Shown piece after piece: positions 23,791 through 38,308 of a stretch of DNA of 64,000 bases. The position numbers were made by a program, and so were the translations under genes. The notes beneath the pieces were generated by a model. The model ran no database searches, had not been told where the DNA came from, and saw only the letters and a program-made list of their open reading frames with translations. Origin of the DNA: Hormiphora californensis (taxonomy: Eukaryota; Animalia; Ctenophora); assembly GCA_020137815.1 (NCBI GenBank), contig CM035351.1, positions 806,001 through 870,000 of the forward strand, written 5' to 3'. The number at the start of each line of letters is the position of its first letter. Position 1 is the stretch's first letter.

Positions 23791-26103
23791 TTAGTGTACA
23801 CGTCTGTACAGGTTTCCAGGTTGGTACCCAGGTGAGAACAGTAACCTGAATGCAGCAGCTAGATGGGTCGCTGAGGGGAAGTATGTTGGGGTACTGTTAA
23901 CCCCTACTAGGAAAGGTTTCAAGTGGTCCACTCCAATAATGAACTGGATCCCATAGCAACACGGAGTGGCAGACCCCTCTACAGGGAGGAGGTCCTGGAC
24001 AATGTGGTGTATCTGGACCTCCATGTCTGGCCAGGATGCCTTCACGGAGAACTCCAGGAGGTAGGGGGCCCAGGGAGTAGAGGGAAGGTGCCCACCATCA
24101 CTCCTTGGTAGGTACTGGTCGATATAGTATTGACAATCCTCTGACATTGCTTCCCTTGCCTTGTGGATTGCTGGAATATCACTCATATACCACTTCCCAG
24201 TGGGGGTACTGACCACTGTGAACTCTAAAGTACACTGCTTCCCCTCCTGGTAGAACGAATCAATAAAGGGTTGGGTGAAATAGTTGAGACTGTTCTCACA
24301 CAATCTACCCAACCTTGTGGCAGAGTTCGTGACATGTGAGGGGGCAGAGTTCTCAGCACATCTCACCACCCAGAGAGTCTCCCAGGAGGCGGGTGAGGCA
24401 AGAAGGGCAGGCAGTTCAGAGTTCAGATGATACCCACCAGGCCACCAGTCCCTCACCCCACCCTCTCTCATCTTATTGTTTAGTCGGATCAGGTTGGTTA
24501 GGTCTCCATCGAAACCGTTAGCTGGTGTAAGTTGTCCCCGGTCCTGTTTCCCCTCCACCCAATGTGCACAATCACTCACAGTTTCTTTAACCACCGTTAC
24601 ATTCAGATCTCTGAGTGCTTCCAGACACGTCTCACTGAACACTGCCTTAGTGGCAACGGTAAGTGGGGGTAAAGAGGAGGGAGAATGAGAGCCAGAAATC
24701 TCCCGCTCTCTACACTCCACCATTGTGTGTTTGAACGGAGGACACAAGTTATCGTACTGTTGGACAAAGGAGGATGGAATATCTGTTGAGTCATTCATGC
24801 ACCATAACCGTGCCTCTCTCTGTAGATCTCCTTCACCTTGGTATAACATACACACCTTCTCTAACGTACACAGATCTCCTGCTTTCACAGATCTAATAGG
24901 CCAGAGTAGTGTCACAATCTTCCCGCCGTAACAAGACCAGAAGGGGGCCAGTTTGAATTTAGGTTTGGGGGAATGGACCATGTTCGATATCTCGCTAGGA
25001 GGAAGGTACCATGTGTATTGCTGTTTGCCCCCAACAGTTACAGCTTGGTATGTTAGAGCCCTCTTCCACAGACTCTCCATTGCCCTCCTACGAGTCAGCT
25101 CCCTCTCACTAGCTAGTAACCCCTCAGATACCCTTTCTTCATTAGTTATCAGGTCCCTCCACAGGAATACCTCCGTCTCTGCCTTCTGAAGACTTGCTAC
25201 TGCCTGGGAACCACCCCTCTCTAGAGTCCAGGTGCATTCATCAGGTACAACCAGACCACCCAGCTCCCCGTCGATAATGGGAGGGTGACCCTTTAACCCA
25301 AACTTCCAGTGTCTGCTCACAACTTTGGATGTGATGTGGGAGCTCCTGGTCCCTGGTGGGAGGGGGATTGTAACAGTCACACAGTGCTCCTCTCCATCAT
25401 CTTCCCACCTGTACTTAGCAGTGCTACCCCCTCCCTCCTCGCCCGCCTCTCTCTGCTTCTTTCTCACATAATCATTGTACATCTCCTCTACCCTTCCCTC
25501 CGCTACAGGCTCTGTCAGGGCAGATTTGAACTCCGCCAAGGAGAGGATACTGGGTGGGGCTGGCAGGTTAAGAGCATCAGAGAGTGCCTTACCATTGATG
25601 TCAGTATCGGTTTTAGTTGTGGTTATGGTGTCCAGTGCGATTATCAGGTCGTTATTACAGTTAGCAAGGGTCGCAGTGGCTGCCTCGATGGTACACCCAG
25701 TAATATTGGCAAGATCAGCAGCATGGTCAGTTACCATGGTAACACCATTCTGTGTTTGTTGTGTTACCATGGTAACACCATTCTGTGTTTGTTGTAGGAG
25801 AGGTGAAGTATCATCCTCCCCAGATAGGAGTATATCACGTAGTGTGGTAGCCGTCCCCTGACTCCCATCCCCTGTCCACAGATGAGGTAGGACGAACACT
25901 GCACTATAGGGCTGGTGATCCTTAACCGACACCACCGCACCCTCACTCGTCAGGTTGATACCTTTCTCTAGATCATGTACCACTCGGGGTTGCAGCTTAG
26001 CATAGACCTGTCTCCAGGCATGTTCGGGCAGGCCAATACTCTTCAGTTGAATCTGGTGGTACTCAACAAATTCGGTGTACCCTTCATCCACATCAACACC
26101 CAT
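23791..26103 (-). CDS. TTLL12: Intronless TTLL12-like protein with UBA-like and CS (p23/NudC) insertions and a degenerate TTL domain
   Basis: FVEYHQIQLKSIGLPEHAWRQVYAKL (TTLL12 N-term); MESLWK..WY..MVHSPKPKFKLAPF..TLLWPIRSVKAGDLCT (SET-like); YHLNSELP, CYGIQFII, KPFLVGVNSTP (TTL-like). Confidence 0.7.
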   Translation of the reverse strand: MGVDVDEGYTEFVEYHQIQLKSIGLPEHAWRQVYAKLQPRVVHDLEKGINLTSEGAVVSVKDHQPYSAVFVLPHLWTGDGSQGTATTLRDILLSGEDDTSPLLQQTQNGVTMVTQQTQNGVTMVTDHAADLANITGCTIEAATATLANCNNDLIIALDTITTTKTDTDINGKALSDALNLPAPPSILSLAEFKSALTEPVAEGRVEEMYNDYVRKKQREAGEEGGGSTAKYRWEDDGEEHCVTVTIPLPPGTRSSHITSKVVSRHWKFGLKGHPPIIDGELGGLVVPDECTWTLERGGSQAVASLQKAETEVFLWRDLITNEERVSEGLLASERELTRRRAMESLWKRALTYQAVTVGGKQQYTWYLPPSEISNMVHSPKPKFKLAPFWSCYGGKIVTLLWPIRSVKAGDLCTLEKVCMLYQGEGDLQREARLWCMNDSTDIPSSFVQQYDNLCPPFKHTMVECREREISGSHSPSSLPPLTVATKAVFSETCLEALRDLNVTVVKETVSDCAHWVEGKQDRGQLTPANGFDGDLTNLIRLNNKMREGGVRDWWPGGYHLNSELPALLASPASWETLWVVRCAENSAPSHVTNSATRLGRLCENSLNYFTQPFIDSFYQEGKQCTLEFTVVSTPTGKWYMSDIPAIHKAREAMSEDCQYYIDQYLPRSDGGHLPSTPWAPYLLEFSVKASWPDMEVQIHHIVQDLLPVEGSATPCCYGIQFIIGVDHLKPFLVGVNSTPTYFPSATHLAAAFRLLFSPGYQPGNLYRRVH

Positions 26104-26353
26104 AACACACCCTAAACAACAACAGGAGGGGGTATAGTTATATATTGGTAACAAGTTAAATAGAGAGGTGGTATATTGTGGAAACATGGTCAAATAACAC
26201 AACTCAATATATAATGTCAGTTACCATGGTAACAAAACAACCCAATATATAATGTCAGTTACCATGGTAACATAATGTATTTTCAAACGCCCATTCAAAG
26301 TTTAATAAGTTACTATCATGCGTGAGTCTCTACCTCTAAAAGTTAACGTGTCT

Positions 26354-26996
26354 CTACATGTTTCCATTGCTACTAGTTACACCAGGACCCAGGGGGGTGG
26401 CAGGGGGAGCAGGTCTCCTTCCCAGTGGTAGACAGGGTGACATGGGGAGGGCGAATGAGGTCAACTGTTGTTGCCGGAGCGACCAGAACTGCCCAGAGGG
26501 ACAATACTGGACCATACCCATCAAGTTGGTCGTGTAGGCAATCTGGTGGTTCTGGATGGCCTGGATGTACCTAGAGAATGGGGTTATGGGTAAAACTACA
26601 GAATATGTAGGGTTATGGGCTATAATACGACTCATGAGGTGTGACTTTGATCTTAGGTCTTATGAGATCTTGGTTGGGATGAATTTTGTAACAAGAAGGC
26701 AGACAAGTCCCACGTTTACTACAAAACAGTTGTTGTGCATGCCTTAATATAGTTGAAAAGAGTGAGTTGTTGAAGAGTGAGAAAACAAATATTTAGCAGT
26801 ACACTAGTAAAGGACCTTACTTCTTCTGGTTATCCAGGTAGGTAGATTTGTTCTTCTCATTGTTAGTTCTGATACATTTCTGGGCTGAATTTTGCAGTTT
26901 CTTGTGGCAATCATCCAAGTGTCCAGTCCACCATGGTTTGGGGGGTGCCTGGGGTAGGAACCCACTGGTCCCCACTGGTCCTGCTGCAGCCATCAT
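26354..26996 (-). CDS. Small two-exon protein (~130 aa), weak resemblance to SOSS-C/INIP
   Basis: ATG ~7 nt after TTACAG; GTAAGG-type donor ~26820; acceptor ~26572; MAAAG..SGF..LDDCHKKL and SFALPMSPCLP loosely echo INIP. Confidence 0.45.
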
Positions 26997-27121
26997 GATT
27001 GCACTGTAACATGTGTAATATATGGGGAGATGTAACATTTCCAAATCAGAACATGTAGGAATCTCATAAAGTGTCAATAAATTAAGTGTCATAATACAAT
27101 AATACCGGCCCTATAAAACAG

Positions 27122-28296
27122 TTACAAAGGTCTAAAAACTCTAGCTGCCTTCATTTTTGAAATTTTGTCCTTGTCCTCCTGGAATTTGCGTTTTAACTCG
27201 ACCAGCGATTGTTTCCTCTTCTCTCGGTCCTGAAAACTGTACAAATGAAGAATCTCTTTCTTCTTCTTTTCAAGTTTTTCATCGTACTGCCGCTTCCTTT
27301 CCTCTGCTTGTTCGGCTGTCGCACAAACCTTGCTACTTTTAGTAACCATCACCCATCCGTCCTGGGTAATTTGGGAAGTGTTAGGTTTGCTGAGGGGGTG
27401 ATCCCTGTAGTGATCTCACGTGGTTCTGATCCAGAGAAGTGTTAGGTACCTACAAAAAGTGCTAAACTACGGTGCTTATATTGACTGCAGCAGGTAATAC
27501 AAAGTTGTGAAAAACATACCTCATCTGGATTCTCTGCCATTTCTTTTTCGTGTTGGAATTTCAACTTCTCCCGAGAGTTAAACTCTGCCATGTACTGTTC
27601 ACACTCTGCCCTCAGCTGGGCCTCATCGGGGTACTGTTGTTCACTCTGCCATCGCTTTAGTCCTAGCAACGGCTTACTCTTCAATTCACTTACAAACACT
27701 GGTTTTGCCTGTAAATGGAGAGGTGGATATCGCGGGGAGTTATTTAAACCCTTGACCTCCCCACTGGGGTTGATATTGATAGCTATCAGTTACAAATTAA
27801 AACAAGTCGGATTTACCTAACAATTGTTTTAATTTGGTTGCTGCTCTCGGTTCGTAATTGGATCGATTGAGCTCTCTCGTGCTGAATCGACTATCAACAT
27901 TGAATTAGCTATCAGTTATCACAGAGAGTTATAAGTTACCCCCCCCCCTCTAGCACATTCACCTACCATGACAGATATAGAAGATAGGACACTTTGTAAA
28001 GCTGCAGCTGAGTTAAAGTTCACATAAACAACACGGAACTCCGTGCTATCTGCTGAGTCTCTGAAGAACTGACTGGGGTTCGGTGGATGAAACTTTGGTA
28101 TTTGTGAAGGTTTATCTTGTGAGGAGATATTAACGACATCACTGTAGGTTGACATGGCCTCCTTTACACAGCAGTCAGTGAAGTAGGATGGGCATCCCAG
28201 GATAAGGAGTGTAGTCTCATCGTGAGCTGAACAGGGCAGGTGGTGTGGAGCATAGTTAGCATTCCAGGATACCTTCAACCATGAATACTGCCTCAT
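27122..28296 (-). CDS. RRP7A: Ribosomal RNA-processing protein 7, three exons (28296-27967, 27708-27520, 27361-27122)
   Basis: HDETTLLILGCPSY, VVYVNF, LLGLKRW, PDE|DGWVMVTK, LYSFQDRE..LVELKRKFQEDKDKISKMKAARVFRPL. Confidence 0.9.
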
Positions 28297-28344
28297 CTGA
28301 ATTAGGAATATTTAGTCATTTTGTTTCAATCTAGATATATCAAA

Positions 28345-28450
28345 CTGTAATACAAACTGTAATATAAACTGTAATACAAACTGAAATACAAACTGTAATG
28401 TAAACTGTAATACAAACTGTAACACAAACTGTAACACAAACTGTAACACC
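28345..28450. repeat. 12-bp tandem repeat (ACAAACTGTAAT)n
   Basis: ~8 copies upstream of RRP7A. Confidence 0.85.
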
Positions 28451-28779
28451 CGGGCGACTTTCGCAAAAATTGCTTCAGGCACGGCTGTGCCAACCTTGAT
28501 TAAAATATACTACTGTACAAACTGTAAGAAGACGCACAAAATATTGACCAATTAAAGCACAAATTACTCTGGTCCAAATGGGTCCCTAAAAAGCTCAGTA
28601 TTTACACAGCTTTTACACAGTCGCATCGTTTGGTATATGCTACAGGCCCCTAGGTAGAGCTCAGATAATGCAGCGCTTTTCAACACAGTCGTTACACGAT
28701 TCAAAACAATAAGTAAATTCAGTGCCTTCCTCCATCAGAGCGACTCAAGCTCTCAATTTGGTTGGCTTGAAAGCCAAGC

Positions 28780-29510
28780 GTCAAAGTTTGGGTTGGGTTT
28801 AGTGCTTAAAATTTCTTATGGATTAGCCAAAAAAGGTTGAGTGGTTTGATGGTAGAGCCAATTTAGTGCATGGTACTTTTTTGGCAGTGTACAGTGTACA
28901 CCTGCAAACACCGCGATCGTAACGCCGTCCGTTTTTAACGAATTTTGTAAATTTTTAGGCCGCCGTTACAATCTGGGTGTTTGGAGGCCTGTTAACAGGC
29001 GCACGCTGCCAAAAAAGTATGCTGGACTAAAATGGCTCTAACCGCCAAACCACTCAACCATTTTGGCTAAGTTTAAGTTTAAGTTTAAGTTTAAGTTTAC
29101 GCACAATTTATCACAAAGTCACACAATTAATATATAACTTCGTCCCGCTCTTACACCATACACTAATAAAGTGATACAAGGCTGAGAGGTGAAAATATAC
29201 AGTTCACATCAGCGGTTTCCTAAAGCGGTTTAAACAATACTTAGAGACAGTGATAGTAGCATTAGATGCACAAAATACGAGGAACAAGGGGTTATAGAAA
29301 ACAAGGTAACGAACTAACAAAACAAGCAGACAAACATAAAAACAGATTAAACAGAATACACAAAGTCACAGACGCAAAACACAACATCAGCAGTCAATAC
29401 AAAACGGTTAATACAAAAACATACTAACACACGTACAAACACATTCACAGACAAGCCTAATCCAAAGTTTATCTGATAGGAAATGTCAAGCCCTAACCCA
29501 ACCATAAAGT
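28780..29510. mobile_element. Degenerate foldback element interrupted by a probable non-LTR retroelement 3' fragment (~29068-29456)
   Basis: TAGCCAAAAAAGGTTGAGTGGTTTG..GAGCCAATTTAGT (28824-28866) pairs with 29025-29070; outer arm resumes at CTAATCC ~29457; insert starts with an (AAGTTT)n tail. Confidence 0.55.
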
Positions 29511-29902
29511 GAAGGAACATGTGTTTGAGTGTACCATAACCAACTTCCCATAGACCACCCTACTAAAATGTAAATTTGGAAAAAACACCCTACTAAAATG
29601 TAAATTTGGAAAAAAACGTGAAGTGAGCGATAAATTTGAAAAACCACGAGCAGCCCAGATTTTTTGTCAGCACTGATATGCTTTTGGCGCGCAGAAACAC
29701 CGCGCGCGTGCGAAAAAAAAGAGCTTCACTAAAATTTCAGAACTGAGCTGACCAAAATTAACACTTTTTAACTTTTTTAAACTGTTTTTACTTTTTCCAT
29801 CTGTTCTTCGTGTAAATCAGGACTTAAGAGGATGTCCTAGAAACCATTATTATTTACGCTAGTTATTGCTGTTTGAATTTTATTTTGTTTTACAACTTTC
29901 TA

Positions 29903-32616
<2,714 letters not shown>

Positions 32617-32753
32617 ATGACCTACTACCAATATCTTGTTTATGTGAATGACCTAGTTCTACTACCAATATCTTGTTTATTTTTTGCCAGATTTATCTAA
32701 CGTGTGTGTTAATGTGTGACAGAGAGGGCTGTTTCACACGGGCTCTGTCTCTG

Positions 32754-32822
32754 ATACTGGTCCCTGATTGGCTGATAACCAGTCACGTGACCTGAATAAA
32801 GAGTTCTGATTGGTTGTTTACT
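32754..32822. mobile_element. Partial copy of the ~109-bp hAT-like MITE
   Basis: Core ATACTGGTCCCTGATTGGCTGATAACCAGTCACGTGACCT..GAGTTCTGATTGGTTGTTTACT; TIRs missing. Confidence 0.8.
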
Positions 32823-33536
32823 CTTTGTGTCAAAGTTGATTTTGTTATCGCAATTATTTATTTCAGTTTCCTTCTGCCAACAACTTTATTTGTTGTGTGC
32901 GTGTGTGGGCTTTTTGTGGCACCACAAAGCAGCTCCATTCTTAAAAGCGGAAACAGAATGAGAGACCGCACAATATGTGTCCTCTCTGTATTTATTTCTC
33001 TCCCCCGCGAATTCCGACACCCCCTCTCTCTGAGAGGCCCCCTCCCGCCCCTTTTGTGAGGCACCATGTGACCACAGAATTAATATCTTGAATATACTTT
33101 GAATATTCCGTGCTTGTTAATTACGTCACGTACGACCCCCTCGGGGCCATTCGAAGTCCCTAGTTTACTCCTTTTCGGTCACGCATGACTAACCCCTGGC
33201 CCCCTCTCAGTCATGCTAACCCCTGGCCATCTCTTCCAGTCACGCTAACCCTCTCTCTTCCAGTCATGCTAACCCTCTCTCTCTCTCTTCCCCGTTTAGA
33301 TTTCTATGCTTAGTAAACTAACCCTCTCTCTCTTCCCCGTTTAGATTTCTATGCTTAGTAAGTTGTGTTTTATGCGCCTACTGACCCTGGGTATTTACAA
33401 CTGGTGCGACGGACAACACTCACCCTGAATACCAACTCTGTCCAGCTCTGTCCCCCCCGCGTGAGAGAGAGAGAGGAACAATATTTAGATATATCAGATA
33501 CAACTCAACTAACAGATACAATAACACTTTGCAACT

Positions 33537-34016
33537 ATGAAGATCGTACCAGCTGAGATAACCTACCGTAACATGCGATTTGTAATCATTGATAGGCCCT
33601 CCAAGAGCAGTGTCACTCAATATGTAAAGGATCTCCAGCGACTCAATACCTCCCTGGTCGTCAGGGTGTGTGAGCCGACATACGAGGATTCCCTCTTTGA
33701 GCGAGAGGGTATCCTGGTGCATGAATTGATGTTCGAGGACGGGGAACAGCCCCCTGTTGCTGTCATCAAGGAGTGGTTGAGACTTACCAAGAAGATGTTT
33801 AGTGATAAACCTGACAGTGCAGTAGCGGTACACTGTGTAGCCGGGCTGGGAAGGGCACCCGTTCTTGTGGCGATAGCCCTTATTGAGGGTGGAATGAGGT
33901 TCGAGGATGCGGTGGAATTCATACGCCGACAGAGAAAGGGGGCCATCAACATGAAACAGCTGGAGTTCCTGGAGACGTACAAGAGTGGAAACAAGAAGGG
34001 ATGTGTCGTCATGTAG
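33537..34016 (+). CDS. PTP4A: PRL-type prenylated protein tyrosine phosphatase, intronless CDS
   Basis: MRFVIIDRP, VVRVCEPTY, FEDGEQPP, VAVHCVAGLGRAPVLVAIALIE, C-terminal CaaX CVVM. Confidence 0.96.
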   Translation: MKIVPAEITYRNMRFVIIDRPSKSSVTQYVKDLQRLNTSLVVRVCEPTYEDSLFEREGILVHELMFEDGEQPPVAVIKEWLRLTKKMFSDKPDSAVAVHCVAGLGRAPVLVAIALIEGGMRFEDAVEFIRRQRKGAINMKQLEFLETYKSGNKKGCVVM

Positions 34017-34027
34017 AGTGAGAGAGA

Positions 34028-34073
<46 letters not shown>

Positions 34074-35330
34074 TAGAAAGAGAGAAACAGAGAGATAGAG
34101 AGAAAGAGTGAGGTAGAAAAAGTGAGGTAGATAGAGATAGAGAAATGAGGAGGAAAGACTGAACGAGAAAGACACAGTGAGAGAGAGAACACAAAACTAG
34201 TGACTGGTTCATGTGTGTGTGTGTATTAACAATGTTTTCTAAGGTTTCCTGGGTCCTGATCACAAGTAGTAGCACGATCTGAACTGTAGCGTTCATTTAG
34301 CAGGAATATATTACTAATTTAATAAACTATAAAAATAGTGTTGTCGCGGTGTAATACAAATGATATTTTGAGGGATCTGTATTTAGAAAGAGGGAGCTCG
34401 AGAAACACTAAATGAAGGTTAATGATGGAAGAGAATATATGATGTAGAGAGAGAAAGAGAGAGATATCTTTAACAATCACATCTGTTATTTTTTCTCGTA
34501 TCCGATTTATTGTACTACAAAATGTGTGTTCTATCTCTCCCCACTTTCTAATGTATTATTAAAGCATATAAATCGTGCAAACTTATTGCCATGGGCTCTC
34601 TCCACCTAGAGTAATCACTCTACAACACCTCTCGCTATCAAGTCACCTGCAGGTACTAACGAATGAGGAGCAGATAGATCGAACATCTCCTCCCTCTCTC
34701 CTCTCGATCTCTCCTCCTCATTCTCTCCTCACTCCTCTCTCTGCTACTCTCCTCTCTACTCATCTCTATTAGCTTATCATACAACTATTCAAGCTACCTC
34801 TCTCGGAACCCACTCTACGATGCTTACTATCCACCTTCAGTCTTCTCTCCTTTCTAGCTATCTACCACTCTTCAGTCTCTCTCTCTCTCTCTCTCCCCTC
34901 CATCCCTCTCTCTCGCTATCTCTCTTTCTCTCTCCATCTCTTTCTCTCTCTCTCTTTCTCTCTCTCTCTCTACACCACCCTCTCTCTCTCTCTCACTCTC
35001 TCTTTCTCTACACCACTCTCTACTCATTAATCTCTGACGTGATACAGAAGGCGAGGAGAACTGTAGTAGCAGCTGTATACAACTACATTACTCTTTCATC
35101 AGTATGGACGGTAAGAAAATTGAAATCCAGTGGGGTGTTTGGAGGACAGACAATATATTGGGGGGGGGGGGGGGTTATTGTTAGTCTGTTTTAGAAGATC
35201 TTTAGTATTATATTGTGGATAAGGGGTGCTGTTCAACGGGGATAGAGGTCTTGCAGCTGTGATCATGATTCTGCTCTACATTCCTCAACATAGTTAGCTG
35301 TAATGTCATGCGGGTGGGTGCACTATAGAT

Positions 35331-35420
<90 letters not shown>

Positions 35421-35847
35421 TCTCCCTCTCTCTCTCCGTTCTCTTTCTCTTTTTCTCTCTGTTCTCTCATCAAATGTTAACTCCCTCTCGGGAGGGGGGC
35501 GGGATGGAGGGAGCCTATGTTGCTAAGGCCTATGTCTATTTCTCCCTCTCTCTCTCTCTAAGTTGCTCATTATGCATGTGGGACGTATTACTAGTCTATA
35601 GGGGCTGGTTTATCCGTCTCGCTCCATGGAGCAGAATGCACATATCATTGTCATGATGCACGTGCGAAAAGCACATGCTTTAGAGTCTAGAAACTTTTAT
35701 AACATCTACTGTTTATACCAGTTGGGATACAGTCTGAACAATTCAACACCCCAGATTCTCTCTCTTTCACTCCGTCCTCCCCCCAGATTCTCACCCCCTC
35801 CCCCCTCCCAGATTCTCTCACTCTCAGCTCTCACCCCCCCCTCCCAG

Positions 35848-36637
35848 ATTCGCCGATAGTTGGATCCACTCAGCAGCCCATGGTAGGATGGGACATGGAA
35901 TCTCCTGATACCACCACGGTGTCTCCCCGGTCCATCATGATACCCTGGCCTGCCACCGATACCAACTCCTCGGTAATATTATATGGCTATGTTCCAACGT
36001 GTTTCTATTTGTACACTAAATAGTTTAACCCACGGCCCTCTCTCTATATATCAACTGTACATCGTGCGTCATGTGACGACGTGTGCTAACAGTTACCTGA
36101 TTTAGCAGGAACCCTCACCGGCTGGCCGACTGACTGAATGGGCCATTTCCCACCGAAATAAACGGAGAATGAGGAGGGGGACATCCCGTGAGACTAATGT
36201 GTTCAAGGTTTGTAGAAAACAGGGAAATTAGTTAATTTTCACTGCATTGTATAATGCACTTACAGACAGACAAACACACGGGAATTATGTCGCTTATTAT
36301 TGCACAACGTCTCTCTTACAAAACGCCCCCTCTATTACCCAATCTTGGAGGTGAGTGACAGGTGGTCATTGGTTGCGCTCTTTCCTAATCTCCTTTCTCT
36401 CTGACCGTCCTCTCTCCTTCTTTCTCTCTGACCGTCTCTTCTCACTCTTGTCCCAATTTCAAGGGAGGTAGGAACGAAAGAAAAGGAGTAATTTGGGTGA
36501 CAAAATAGCGGCAGGTGCAGTAGGGGTGGGTTGACTAAACCATTGTAATGCAGCTGGGCCTATAATTGTGCAACTCGTTCTCTATTTCCCTCTCTCTTTT
36601 TTCTCTCTCTATCTCTCTGTCTCTGTCTCTCTGTCTC

Positions 36638-36699
<62 letters not shown>

Positions 36700-37442
36700 A
36701 CTCTCTCCTCTCTCTCTCTCTATTTCTGATCATTTGCTTCATATTCTAATAATGCCCTAACAATACCTTTCTCTACCTACTGCATGCATTTTGTCGTCTT
36801 CAATTTATTATTTTCTATTACTTCTGGCAGTGTCTTTGTCCAATTACTTGTGCAATAGAGAAGGCGAGAAGAAATGGGATGTAATACATAAAATGGGAGG
36901 TTGTGAACTCTAAATCGAGCCAAGAAATGCTAGAAAGAGACAAAGAAGCTGATTTATTTGAATTAGCTACCTCCACTCTGGGAGATGATGTAACACGTAT
37001 GACATAATACATAATGAAAGAATTGGTAGGAAATATAAAGGCAGACGGAGAGCGTGCTGTTATTACATTGTAAATAGAGAATCTAGAAATTATTATTTTC
37101 AATTTTGTGAAGGCTGGAAAATACTGAGATCTGGTTATCTGGTACGGTGTCTTATCTCTTCCTCTGAGCTTATTGTGACTGTGTTGAAGTAAGAGAGGGT
37201 ACCAACAATTTATCTGTGAGGGTTGAGATATGTTACAGCGGTATCATACCGGTATCAAATATGTAGATATCAGGGGAAGATAGAACACGGATGACCGTTA
37301 GCAGACCGTTAAAGGTAGAAGAGATGAGAATTGAGAATATTTGGATGAGAATGTAGAGAAATATACCATTAGTAAATGTGTGTGACGTTGGGTGACCACA
37401 ACACCTCTATTCAAATCAACTCTCTCTCTATTCTCTCTATCT

Positions 37443-37494
<52 letters not shown>

Positions 37495-38215
37495 AACATG
37501 TCCTATGTACCTCTCTCTCTGTATCTCTCTCATGATACAGCAGCAGCGTATACACTGGCACTTTCTAAGAACTCCCTCTGATACACAATCAGAGAGTAAA
37601 GCTGACGACAATATCCTACACACACACAAGTACTCGTTGTATCTATTTCCTTCATACAACGATCGGTAAAATTGACACACACACAACAGTGACTCTGTAT
37701 TGACACAACTGCAGTGACTCTGTATTTTCTAAACCTTCTCCCCATTCAGAGGTATGGCCTGCTGAATGATACCCCTGAGAAGGCTGCTTCATCTGGAGAC
37801 GATTTCGATGATGATCTTTGGGACGATGAGACGATAGCCAAGATCCGTCTAACCCCCATTCTACAGGCTCAGAAGATGAAAGGGGAGAGGAGGGGTGGAG
37901 GGGTGGAGGGAGTCACCAAATCAGGGCAGGTGGGTGCACAATGTACATTGAGTGATAATTTAGTGGGTTTACATAGTATCGGGTGGGTAAAAGAGGAATC
38001 TGAAAATATTCCGTGTAAATATTATAACGGATCATGTGGCCTATTTTTACCGCCAGGGGTTGGAAAATTAAGATTATGGCAAGAAAAATGATAGAGAAAG
38101 TGAGCGAGATAGGGAGAGAAAGGGAGAGAAGGGGAGAGAGAGAGTAAGAAAGTTTGTCTGTATGCTTGTATGGCACGTGGTTACTGAATAATGCATGGTA
38201 AACACGTTAAAAGCC

Positions 38216-38308
<93 letters not shown>

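Noticed and set aside
23923-25946. Antisense ORFs over TTLL12-like; likewise over TRPM2, PRL, JmjC and iGluR
   Set aside because: Shadow frames with no motifs or splice support
33537-34016. PRL as a processed retrocopy
   Set aside because: No poly(A) remnant or TSD; motifs intact; other genes here are also intron-poor
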